Shown piece after piece: positions 12,746-24,270 of a stretch of 64,000 bases of DNA; position 1 is the stretch's first letter; every line of letters begins with the position of its first letter. The position numbers and the translations under genes were made by a program. Source of the DNA: Anolis carolinensis (lineage: Eukaryota); assembly GCF_035594765.1 (NCBI RefSeq), contig NW_026943823.1:310001-374000 (forward strand), written 5' to 3'. The notes below the pieces were generated by a model. The model ran no database searches, had not been told where the DNA came from, and was given only the letters and a program-made list of their open reading frames with translations.

Positions 12746-14164
12746 GTGAGGATCATCTCTGAACTGAGAGGAGAATGAAGAAGCAACGTGGGATAACAGG
12801 CAGCCTCCTGATATAGGCAAAAAGGAAACTTTATGGTCCTCATCACATTAGACTATTTTTCTGTTTCTAGACACTGTTATATTGAAGTCTGTGGTTGCCA
12901 TCACATGAAGCAAGCCAGCTTTCGGACAGGGCATGCAACAAATGCAAACTCGCTTTCCCCAAAGGCTTAGAGATAAGGAGAGGAAAAGCAGGTGTGCAAG
13001 GAATGATGTTTTGGGAGGGTTGAGGCCTTTAATAGTGGTTCCTGCTCGTACAATCCTTCGTGAGAGCAACGTTGCATTCAGGTGAACAGCTCTTTGCTTT
13101 GGCCCCATGTTCTTGGAATGCATGTCTTCAAGTTTCCAAGCATATTCTTGCTTATAGTTCACATGTGGCATAAGTTTTCTACCTTGGATTCATGCTATTT
13201 TGTTTATGGATATATTCATGGATTGAATCTGGAAACTATATCTGAAAGGATTTTGGACTCCTTTGTGCATGTTGCAATTAGCACGCTTTGAGTAGTCATG
13301 ATGCTGGACTATCAATCAGTTAGGGTATCATGGAGGTAGCCTGGATGTTGTTGCCTGGAGGCATCCTCTGTTTGGGAGGTATTCACTGGCCCTTGATTGC
13401 TTGCTATCTGGTGTTCTGTCTCTGTGTTCCTTAATTACTGGTGTTTTTTAATACTGGAAACTCCCTTTTCTGAAAGAGCCCCTGCCATTTTGGTGCCTTT
13501 CCTTCCACCCATTGTGCTTGGCTCTTCTTTTAATACACAGAATGCCTCACTGTCCTGAGGAAATAGGGAGGAAAGAAGGGCTCCCTACTTCTCTATCCCA
13601 CAATTAAGCTTGGAAAGGCCTTTGCAACTGATCAGAAATCTGCGCTATGGGATGCGTCGTCGCTCGCTGCCAATTTCCGGTCTCCGTGGCAACTCGCAAT
13701 CTCGAAATGCCCTGGGCTCTTGCCCTCTGAAAGCAGAGATGTGCAAATACTGAGCAAAAAGAGAGAAAAACTATGATGTGAAAGCAAAGGGAAGTGGGAA
13801 ACCAACCCCAGAGGGCCGGAGAAAGACCCAACGTGCCCGTAGACAGGGCCCGAAGGTCTGAATGTCATCGGCATCCTCCCTCCAAGACTGTATCCAGGAA
13901 CGAGCCGGGAGAGGGACCTGATAAACACAAGGTTGCAAAATGCAAGAGGTCAATGGAATTTCCAGCCATAAGCACTTTCTCAAGCCGTAAATTTTAAATA
14001 GCAGTCTTCGGAGCCAGGAAACCTGAGCCAGGTCTGCGAGATATATTGTGTCGGGAGCAAGCAAGGTCAGAATCCGGACTCCAGGCCCGTTCCCACCTTG
14101 TCTTCATTAATGCTGTGTGTGCCCTCCAATTGCGCACAGGCTTGCCTTTGCAGACTAAGTAGGT

Positions 14165-14558
14165 AAGTAAGAAAGAATGGTAGTTGACAAGAAACCTGTT
14201 TTCATCATAGACGTTGCAGTACCAGGAGACAGTACAGCAGAGGACAAAGAGCTGGGAAGGATCACAAAATACAAGGACTTAGAGACTGAAACGGGGTGAC
14301 TATGGCAAAGGAGAACTACAGTGGCATCAATAGGGATTGGTGCACTTGGAGGCATCCCAAGAAATCTCAAAAAAGCACTGGAAAAGCCTTAATTTGGACT
14401 GGACATCAATCCACAGTCTGCAAAAGGAAGGCAGGACTTCTCAGAACTGTGCACATCCTGCAAAAATACCTCTCGTATGCCAGGCCCTTGGGAAGAGACC
14501 GATATTCAGTGACACTTGGACCTCATGCGCATGTGTGCTGTGATATTATGTACATGTA

Positions 14559-14604
<46 letters not shown>

Positions 14605-14699
14605 TATATCTAATATCCCAGGCCCTTGGGAAGAGACCGATATTTAGTGACACTTGGACCTAATGCGCATGTGTTCTGTTATGTTATGTACATGTAATA

Positions 14700-14754
<55 letters not shown>

Positions 14755-14843
14755 TATCTAATATCCTAGGCCCTTGGGAAGAGCAACCAAGCCCAGACCC
14801 TTGGATCTAGTGTGCATGTGTTCTGTGATGTTATGTACATGTA

Positions 14844-14883
<40 letters not shown>

Positions 14884-15000
14884 CTAATATCCCAGGCCCT
14901 TAGGAAGAGGCGAAATCCCAGACATTTGGACCCAATGTGCGTATGTGCTGTGTTGTTATGTACCCAAAATAATAATAATAATAATAATAATAATAATTTA
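14165..15000 (+). mobile_element. R4/Dong 3' fragment followed by three further 3'-end copies, each ending in (TAA)n
   Basis: IDVAVPGDS..KITKYKDL-like RLE motif at ~14205-14285; the unit ccaggcccttgggaagag..gtacatgt recurs four times, separated by (TAA)n. Confidence 0.8.
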
Positions 15001-15637
15001 TTGTCAATAAAGCCCTGAATTTCCAAGCCCTCAATGCTTTGTGGCATCAGTTGTTCTCCTTCCCCATCCATCGTTTCCTAGCAATCCAATGGTCCAAGCA
15101 GGAGAACGTCAACACAGACGCATGCCAACCCATCTTGTCCATCTTCTTGGTGGCATCACGGCTGGCGGACGGTCTTTGGCGGCGTTGCAAGGCCTTTGAG
15201 GGTCCCATGGAATCCGTCCTCTGGAGAGTTTCCTTGAATTTTAGATTCCCTAAACCCAAAAGGAGTGGGTCTGCAAGCAAATCTCTCCCAGATGCCTCCG
15301 TCCCAATTAAGGCAGAAGAAAGGGAAGCAGGGAGGGGGAGACGGCAATTAATTAGCTGAGAACATGGGAGGCTCAAGAGAAAAGGGAGCATTACCTCATC
15401 CCTCTGGGCATGCCTGTGTGAGCGGAATGGGACTCATCTGCGGAGGAGGAGGAGGAGGAGGAGGAGGAGGCCTTGTGTGCCTTCCATTCATGGAGGACCC
15501 ATTTGCATAGTCCGGCTCATGCAATTAATAGCCTTCTTGGGAAAGGCCGTAAAAGGAGGAAAGGGAGGGAGGGCTGGCATCCAGGGAAGCCCCAAGGGAA
15601 AGGCTTTGCATCCGTCCTTGATTCTCACCCCTCAAAT

Positions 15638-15641
15638 CTAT

Positions 15642-15680
<39 letters not shown>

Positions 15681-16132
15681 TAGTATTTATATTCCACCCT
15701 TCTCACCCCGAAGGCGACTCAGGGCGAATTACAATGTACAGATGGTAAACATTCAATGCCATTAGACATACAATATACAGACAGAAACACAGAAGCTATA
15801 TAACATTTCCAGCTTCCGGCTTCATGAGAGTATGCTCGATTCCGGCCACAGGAGAAGCTGCTTCTTCATCATCCACTATGACACTGAGTCCTTGATGGAG
15901 TACTTCCTCATGCTTCTGCAAGCCGCTGGACATTTTTTATGGTGTTTTAAATTAGTAAAATTAGCCTCCCTGCATAAAGTGGTACCTAAATTTCCTACTC
16001 GACAGATGCAACTGTCTTTTGGGTTGCTTAGGTAAACAACGAGCTAGGCTATTTAATGGTTGGGCACTCAATCTGACCTGGGCTGGCTTTGAACTCATGA
16101 CCTGGCTACCAACCAGCTGTGCCACAGCCCGG
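15638..16132 (-). mobile_element. Anolis SINE2-like SINE with L2-type tail
   Basis: (ATTT)n tail; full-length homology to 37435-37920 and 47896-48392. Confidence 0.8.
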
Positions 16133-17572
16133 TCACAAAAGCAAAGATTCTGGAGTATTGTTTCAAAATAAGTACCACACAATTAAACAGGAACAACACT
16201 TTCACACTAGGAAAATAATTTTTTTGAAATTTTGTTGCATAGTATTATGCGCGGCATGAAAGCTCATCCTGGGTTCTCTCTCTTGCCCAGGAATCAGCCT
16301 GAACTTGGTAACATAACCTCAAGGCCAGAAGCAAGGAGCGGACCGTATATCTTCCTTGTCAGATCCCGTTTCTGGCCCTCATCCATTGCGGATCACTTGG
16401 CGCTTCCTTGGCAAGCCATGAAGGGACCTGGACTGTTCTCCACGGACCCGTTGGCTTCTGCCTACTGGCCATCCGTCACTATTGGCAACTCTTTCAACTC
16501 TAGTCTGCGCCTCGTTTTTATTGCAATTCCCTTTTCCTTATGATCTTGACAGGAGAGCTGTCCTCGGCTGACACTTTCTTCCCTTTTCTTGCAGGCGTGT
16601 TGTTTATTTCCTTCCCAGGCCACATGAGGCCTTATGTAGATTTATGTTAAAATATTCATAGAGCTCTCTCTCTCTCTCTCTCTCTTCCGCATTTATTTTT
16701 ATTGATTTTACAAATGCAGAAAAGCTTTGTTCCGCTTTGCTCAGTCCATAAAGCTGACAGCGTGTCAGTAACTTCTGATGGAGTGTTTTAATATCCTCTC
16801 TTGCTTCTCCTCCTGTCAAGTCTCCGCTCTTCTTCCCTTCGAGACGGGAGACAAATGGCCACGCTTTCCGCAAAGGGAGCCAGCTGTGGCCTTGGTGAGA
16901 TGAAGGAAGTGACATCACTTCCTGTGTCTTGCTGCCATCTCTTCCGATCTGAGATATCGGGAGTGAGCTTCGAGTCCTGCAACCTTCCGTATTCATCCCT
17001 TCGGTGCAGAAGGATTTGCAAGGAAGAATGTCTCCTCCTGCCCTGTTGCGGGATGTGCTGGTTCGTGGAGAGATTTATAGTTTCCATATCACAACAAGCT
17101 GGATAGAAAGTGTCCCAGGAGCAAGCAAAATACAGCAGAGTCCTTTCACAGCACAAACATGCTTCAGCCCATCTATCAACAGAGTCCTACTACCAGGGTA
17201 TGACTTTATCTACACACTGTTTAGTAAACTCACGGATTCAGGTTTTCATCCAAAATCTTCACCATTGCAATATGTACAAATATACAATCAGGATATGCAG
17301 ATCCACTTTCCTTGTTCTTGCAAATGATCAGATCCTCAGAGAGTCACATACAGAATGGGCAAATTCTCACACAGAGTCACAGAGGAGAGAGCGAGATGGA
17401 TCGTTTTGTCCTACAGGAAGATACTCAGACTGAGTCACACAGGAGAGAGTGAGATGGATTTTTCATCCTCTTTATGTAACCACCTGCTGACAAGTCATCA
17501 GTAAGGGACACTGGCTGTTGCAATCCCTTTACAATCACCCACACATGGTTATGATCCAGGCATTACCACACT

Positions 17573-17795
17573 GTGTTGTTGAAGGCTTTCATGGCTGGGA
17601 TCACAGGGTTGTTGTATGTTTTCCGGACTTTATGGCCATGTTCCAGAAGTATTCTCTCCCGACGTTTCGCCCACATCTATGGCAGGCATCCTCATACCTC
17701 ACAACCTCTGAGGATGCCTGCCATAGATGTGGGCGAAACGTCAGGAGATAATACTTCTGGAACATGGCCATAGAGTCCGGAAAACATACAACAAC
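17573..17795. mobile_element. Penelope inverted terminal (hairpin) insertion
   Basis: Near-perfect inverted repeat with ~90-bp arms; 12-bp TSD cattaccacact on both sides. Confidence 0.85.
17705..17745 (+). ncRNA. Minimal Penelope-type hammerhead ribozyme
   Basis: cct-CTGAGGA-t-gcctgc-catagat-gtgggc-GAAA-cg-TC-agg: intact core, 6-bp stem II and palindromic ACGT mini-stem III. Confidence 0.75.
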
Positions 17796-17947
17796 CATTA
17801 CCACACTCTCTTAGGTATTGTATCATGACATACCCAGGTGTTATCAGTATTCCATATGTTCATCAAAAAGTATTTTATTATATGATTAGAAATGCTGTGC
17901 TATTTCTAGCTAACGTGCCCTATATATAGACAAATATGGAAACATAA

Positions 17948-18257
17948 GGAACCCCGGTGACTCAGTGTGTTAAAGCACTGAGCTGCTGAACTTGCAGACC
18001 GAAAGGTCCCAGGTTCAAACCCGGGAGCACAGTGAACTCCCACTGTTAGCTCCAGCTCCTGCCAACCTAGCAGTTCGAAAACATGCCAATGTGAGTAGAT
18101 CAATGGGAAGGTAATGGCGCTCCATGCAGTCATGCCAGCCACATGACCTTGGAGGTGTCTACGGACAACACCGGCTCTTCGGCTTAGAAATGGAGACGAG
18201 CACCAACCCCCAGAGTCAGACATGACTGGACATAACGTCAGGGGAAACCTTTACCTT
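17948..18257 (+). mobile_element. Sauria SINE
   Basis: tRNA-like head, (ACCTTT)n tail and TSD tatggaaa(c/t)ataa. Confidence 0.9.
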
Positions 18258-18921
18258 TATGGAAATATAAAGTTCATTTTGGCCTCCTTGAGCTTATACT
18301 TTGCACAAGTATCCATCTCTCGAGCAAAGGCCTCCATTTCTGAACACATCCTCCTCCGTGCCTGCCAAATATTTTACTTCTCTTCCCATGGATGGGGGGA
18401 GGGTTGTCCATCTGAGGTGGGTGGGAAAAGGACAGGAAATGCCAAATGTTGACATGACCATGGTTGGAATTAATTGGGTATGCGAGATTTTTTCTTTTGG
18501 CCTTGCTCTTTCAAAGTGGAATGCGGGGGCATTGTCCTCGCTCCCAATGAAACCTGTTGACGGAGCTATTCACTCTGAAAGGAGGGAGCTCTCTGAATGG
18601 CCTTTGAGGCTTTTGTGGAGGGGTCAATGGGAGGAGGCCCCCAAAGAGCCTTTCCCACTTGGCAGGGAAAGTGAGGAGGGCAGGAGGAGGGACCTAAACA
18701 GCTGGTTGGGGATCGAAAACCTTTTGGCTTCATGCCAGAGTGTCAACTACCCATTCAATGCTGGCTGAAGGACGGCAAAAGTCTTGTTGTCCGAAATTGT
18801 AGGTTCTTCCCGGTGTGCTAGAGCTTCTGTGATCATATCCAATGATCATGCACAAGGTTGAAGGCAGGGTTAATCCCCATTACATGGGAATCTATTTTAA
18901 AGACATCCCTGACTCTGTTTG

Positions 18922-19060
18922 AGGCTGGATCTACACTGTCCTCTCTCTCAGGATCTGATCCCAGATTAGTTTTGACCTGAATGATATGAGTCTCCACTGC
19001 CAGGTAGTCTGGGATAAGCAGATCATATGGGTTCAAATCCTGGCAGCATAGAAGGGGCCT
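18922..19060. mobile_element. Short palindromic MITE
   Basis: ggatctacactg..cagcatagaagggg; related to 5050-5150. Confidence 0.55.
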
Positions 19061-21440
19061 GAAGAGCTCCAAGAGGTTCTAGTGGAGTTGACTTCCAAAC
19101 TACCTGAATGTCCTTCTTAAAAGACGTTTCTTGTATATAATTTGAACCCAGCGATGAATCGGGAAACGACTTCACGTCCTCTTCCTTCCACTCTCTCCTC
19201 CTCCAACTCCCTCAACCCAATTCTCCCCAGGTCTTCGTTCCCAGAATTTGAGCCTCTTGGTTGCTCTCCTTCTGGACTCCTTCCATCTCGCCAATGTTCT
19301 TCTGCATCTCTTTTGTCAGAAGGATTATGTTGTGTTCAAGGGGCTCTTCTTAATCGTATTTGCTGGCATCCAAACTTTCAAGGATGGCTTTTGTTTGGTG
19401 GAATGGACTGACGACACAGCGAGCCAGAGAGAGGTTGTCTCCCTCCCTCGTTTTGGAAACAAACCAGCATTTTTTCATGCTGCAAATGAGCATGCAAACG
19501 TAATTTAGTCGGCATCGTAAACAGCTGTAAATAGCAACTAGCACTTCGTACCCAATGGTTTTTCTGCAGATTTTTGCGTCCTGAGCAATCACCTTCTTGG
19601 GGTCCCATTTGGGTCTTGGCCGGACAGTCGAGGCACCTGCTCCGAAGCATTTTAAGAGGACATTACTAGCAGTGCTGGCTTCATGCGCCAAGTGCTTGCT
19701 GCATTTTATGGCTGTTCTCTGCTGCTTTAATACATTGCATTGCTTTTAATAGCTCCAGTGGTTTTGTAATGTTGTGGTTTTGGTTGGGATTTGGACTTCA
19801 GAGTAGCCTTAAAAGGGGAAAAAAGGAGTAATAAAGGAAGGGAGGGAGGAAAGTGAGTAAGAGCGATTTGTTAACATAACTCCTTTAGCTTCAAGTATAT
19901 TGATTTGGTCATAAAAATAAACTATGTCTTGTCTGCATGTATGTTAGTGTGTGTAGGCTCCAATCTGTAATCTCTTCTATCTTTCAGCATTAGGAGGGTT
20001 ATGCTACAAAGTTACGCCACTTGGATCTGGGCTTCTTAAATGGCCCCTTTGGGCCTGAGAAATTTATATACTTGAGTATTATATAAAATAGGGACAAAAG
20101 CTAAACATTTACAGACAACAAACCAGCACTGGCAAGATTTGCAAAACAAGTTGATTTTCCTTTTTATGAAGTACAACTGAAGTATTGTCTGCAGAGTCCG
20201 TTGTAAAGAATTTGAAATGGATTTGTTTCAATGCCTACAACAGCCACTAGATGGTGTTCAGATAAATATTTCATTTGGGATCAAGAGCCACAGTTTAAGA
20301 AGCAGTGATTTCAACAATTCCTTCTTGTTAAAAGGATACTCAGCTCATGCCCTGCTCTTGCTATGGAGATGCAAGCTCTTGACAGTGTCCTAGAGGTTGC
20401 ATCATCTTTACCTATTCCATTCTCCGATATTGAAAGGAAGATTTTTTCCACCATTTTTTCTTTCTTTCATATTAATATGGAAGGGTTCTGGTGCATTTCC
20501 AATGAATTTTTGCATTGCAGTTATTTCCAGTTGTACAAACAAATTCCTTCCAAAACAAGATGGCCAGACCAAGACGTCTAACCCAAGGAGGTCAAGATGA
20601 AGTCATGGACCAGAGATAGATAGATAGAGAGGAGGCCTATCATGTCTGGAAGGCCAAAATCTCCTGACCCCTGGCCTTCTTGCTCCTTTCTGTCTCCTCT
20701 TTAATTTTCTCTTAGTGGTAACTGCCAAATAATATTACAGTCTCTCTGTTTGAAGAGCTTTTCAGTTTGCGAGGCCGCGAAGCCTACTGGGCTTTCCTGG
20801 GAATCCGCTCTGGTCAACATCCTCTGCTTGGGCCCCTTGTTTCTTCCCATCCCCCCAACCCTCCATCGCCTTCTCCCCCCAACTCCTCCCAACCCTCCAG
20901 GCTCGGGTTATTATTATTATTATTTGACTACTAATCTTCTGGACGGTAGACAAGCGTTATCTCAGAGGCCAGAGCTGCGGAGTAGATTAGAGAAGCCCAG
21001 GAGGGGCCTTTCAAAGCGAGGAGAGAGGTGGGCATTCCGGGTCTCTCCCTTTCCCTTTCTTCTGGAGGGAGATGGATTGCTTTGACAGCCTCCCACAGGC
21101 TGCCGATATTGGATATCCCTGGGGGTGACCCTCAGGTCCAGTGGGGAGGATGGCTGGACTTCATAAGGAGGAGGAAATTGGGAGGAGAATGGCCAAACCC
21201 AGGAGAAGAGCACCGGGTGGCCCCGGGAGGAAGGGTTTGTTTTCCCAGGGAAAGGGCCAAGTGGCAAAGTTAATTTTGAAAGAAGAGATGATGGATAGAA
21301 GGGGGAGAGAGATGAATCGGGATTGTGCGGGGGAGAGGAGGCCATGAAAGAGACCGAGGCAATGGCGGTCAGTTAAGCGAAATCATGGAGGAATCCGTCT
21401 CTCTTTCTGATGATGCTCAAGTGGGGGTTCCTTACAAGAG

Positions 21441-22572
21441 ACCTGGATTTCAGTAAGGCCTTCGACAAAGTCCCCCACGATCTTCTGGCAAACAAACTAG
21501 TTAAATGTGGGCTAGACAAAACTACGGTTAGGTGGATCTGTAATTGGCTAAGCGAACGAACCCAAAGGGTGCTCACCAATGCGTCGTCTTCATCATGGAA
21601 AGAAGTGACAAGTGGAGTGCCACAGGGTTCCGTCCTGGGCCCGGTTCTGTTCAACATTTTTATTAACGACTTAGACGAAGGGTTAGAAGGCACGATCATC
21701 AAGTTTGCAGATGACACAAAACTGGGAGGGATAGCTAACACTCCAGAAGACAGGAGCAGAATTCAAAACGATCTTGACAGACTAGAGAGATGGGCTGAAA
21801 CTAACAAAATGAAGTTCAACAGGGACAAATGCAAGATACTTCACTTCGGCAGAAAAAATGGAAATCAAAGATACAGAATGGGGGACGCCTGGCTTGACAG
21901 CAGTGTGTGCGAAAAAGACCTTGGAGTCCTTGTGGACAACAAGTTAAACATGAGCCAGCAATGTGATGCGGCAGCTAAAAAAGCTAAAAAAGTCCTGCTC
22001 CCCCTTATTCTATTCTGCCTTGGTCAGACCACACCTGGAATCACACTGGGTCCAATTCTGGGCACCACAGTTGAAGGGAGATGTTGACAAGCTGGAAAGC
22101 GTCCAGAGGAGGGCGACTAAAATGATTAAGGGTCTGGAGAACAAGCCCTGTGAGGAGCGGCTTAAAGAGCTGGGCATGTTTAGCCTGCAGAAGAGAAGGC
22201 TGAGAGGAGACATGATAGCCATGTACAAATATGTGAAGGGAAGTCATAGGGAGGAGGGAGCGAGCTTGTTTTCTGCTGCCCTGCAGACTAGGACACGGAA
22301 CAATGGCTTCAAACTACAGGAAAGGAGATTCCACCTGAACATCAGGAAGAACTTCCTCACTGTGAGAAGGGCTGTTCGGCAGTGGAACTCTCTCCCCCGG
22401 ACTGTGGTGGAGGCTCCTTCTTTGGAGGCTTTTAAGCAGAGGCTGGATGGCCATCTGTCGGGGGTGCTTTGAATGCGATTTCCTGCTTCTTAGCGGGGGG
22501 TTGGACTAGATGGCCCATGAGGTCTCTTCCAACTCTACTATTCTATGATTCTATGATTCTATGATTCTATGA
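21441..22572 (+). mobile_element. Young 5'-truncated CR1 LINE (RT fragment plus 3' UTR)
   Basis: LDFSKAFDKV, GVPQGSVLGPVLFNIFIND, KFADDTKLGG and [10 protein letters not shown]; (ATTCTATG)n tail; internal deletion and frameshift near 21985-22015. Confidence 0.95.
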
Positions 22573-22811
22573 GACAAAGAGAAATGCTTCCCTGTACAAC
22601 ACATTGAATTAACAAGCGAGGAGCCCCCAAACCTGGTCCGATGGATGTTGAGACTTTTGGAAGACCATCATCCTGTGTCACTCCATAGACAAAAAGTAAG
22701 GAGGACTTCTGGAAACGAATCTGGAGATGCTCCAAAAGGTGACTCTTGTGCCCCATGCCACCTCCAGTCACTAACCTGCATTTTCACTCTGTGTATATGT
22801 ATTTTAATAGC

Positions 22812-22945
22812 ATTGTTGAAGGCTTTCATGGCTGGAATCACAGGGTTGTTGTGAGTTTTCTGGGCTGTATGGCCATGTTCCAGAATCATTATCTCCTGAT
22901 GTTTTGCCAACATTTATGGCAGGCATCCTCAGAGGTTGTGAGGCC
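22812..22945 (-). mobile_element. Penelope terminal fragment
   Basis: Same terminal sequence as 17573-17695. Confidence 0.8.
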
Positions 22946-23973
22946 TTTACATCTCTTTGTTTTAACAATCTTGTACCTCACCTTGACTTGCAAGGAGGGA
23001 TGGGTGATACCTTTATTATAAAGCCCAAAGACACATCTCCTACACCTGATCAACTCGACCTAATTTTTTCCAAGTGTTAGAAGACCAAACGAAAAAAAAA
23101 TCCCAGACTAAGGAAGATCTTTGCAATTTGGGAATCTTTCCACGCAAAACTCATGCACTATCTATTTTTGCACAGAATTTTGTGTGCAGAAAGCAGCCAT
23201 AGAGGATTATTGCCCCCTTTTGCAGAAAATTCCATTTCATGCACAGAGCGTGCTCCATTTTACCAAGGGAAAAACACTGCATAGAATAAGTCCAAACTTT
23301 CTCACAGAGAAATGCTAACTTCTGTTTAAAAAAAAAAGAGAGAGAGAGAGAAGTGTGTATCAAAGCAGTGCTGGATTGCGAATAGCCTTTGGAAAATGCT
23401 CTGTTTTCAAAGACTTTCTCACAGTGGGAGGCAAATTGCGAAAATTGCTCGTTGCTTCCGCCGAGAATGAAATGAGCAAAGAATGATATCCTTGTCTCTC
23501 AGAGTTTCTCTCTATTCACTTCCAAAACATCTCCTTTTGTACATTTTCTGTATTATTTCCATCCATGAATTGCGAGGCACCGTCCCGCTCTCCTTCTGCT
23601 GAATCCTACCCGGCGTTGATTTCGTGGAAATATTTGTCTTGCTTTTGGGTGGCTCTGTGGGGATTCCCTCACGCCTTTCTGGAGAGGAGGACTTCTGGCA
23701 TCAGCAGGCTAGGAAGGCAAATCCCTGGCCCCCCAAAAGGGCTGTTAATTGGGGTCCCATTCGAGCCCCTTGGCCGCTGGGACGCCGAATGGAGAGATCA
23801 GCCAGAGGTTGCTCGGTCGGTGTGACTCCGGGAAGAGCTGAAGGACTGCAATGCTAGCCAGGGATGCAGTTCTTCACTGATTTCCTTCTCAATGGAAGCA
23901 AGGAGTAATTTCAGCCATTTCCCTCCCACTACAAGAAAGTATTTGGAAATGGTGACTATACATTGTGGGACAA

Positions 23974-24270
23974 GTTCTGCACAAAATTCACTTGGGGCTA
24001 TTTTGTGAAGAAACCAGCATTTCCTGTGGAGGAAAACGTATGTTCTGTTCCGAAAGAATATGTCTTCATAGAAGTATTATTTTATGGGCAAAATTCACAT
24101 GTGGCTATTTTGTGCAGAAATCAGCATTTCATACCAAGGAAACTGTATGATCTATTCAGAAAAGAATATTTCTTCACAGAAGTATTACTTTCTGCGCAAA
24201 ATTCACATGTGGCTATTTTGTGCAGAAATCAGCACTTCCTGCAGAGGAAAATGTATGCTCTGTTTGGAAA
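23974..24270 (+). repeat. About 3 tandem copies of a ~110-bp unit
   Basis: gcaaaattcac(a/t)tg(t/g)ggctattttgtg recurs three times. Confidence 0.75.

Larger units (their letters stand above)
17056..17915 (-). mobile_element. Solo LTR, copy 1 (interrupted by a Penelope hairpin)
   Basis: Colinear homology to 45884-46618; minus-strand ends (c/t)gttag...ccagca; no clean TSD. Confidence 0.6.
9800..21300 (-). mobile_element. Fossil L1-clade LINE 'B' (degraded and fragmented)
   Basis: Minus-strand motifs in order: weak ORF1-like (~20400-21050); EN SKTREGDNLSLARCVVSPF (~19400-19460), WTTLPHPWEEK* (~18375-18410) and SRDGYL (~18310); linker (~16790-17030); LPASLSSALI..GRD (~15280-15335); LAQVSWLRRLLFKIYGL (~13980-14030); LSLSLWGKRV..LLHV (~12900-12980); RLWQKKAAY (~12480); HLMHRLWL (~10940); SKVYW (~10020). 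Confidence 0.6.

Noticed and set aside
19170-19330. Old CR1 fragment on the minus strand (KNIGEMEGVQ.. resembles KDIDKLERVQ)
   Set aside because: Too short to separate from chance or from the fossil B endonuclease region; left uncalled.
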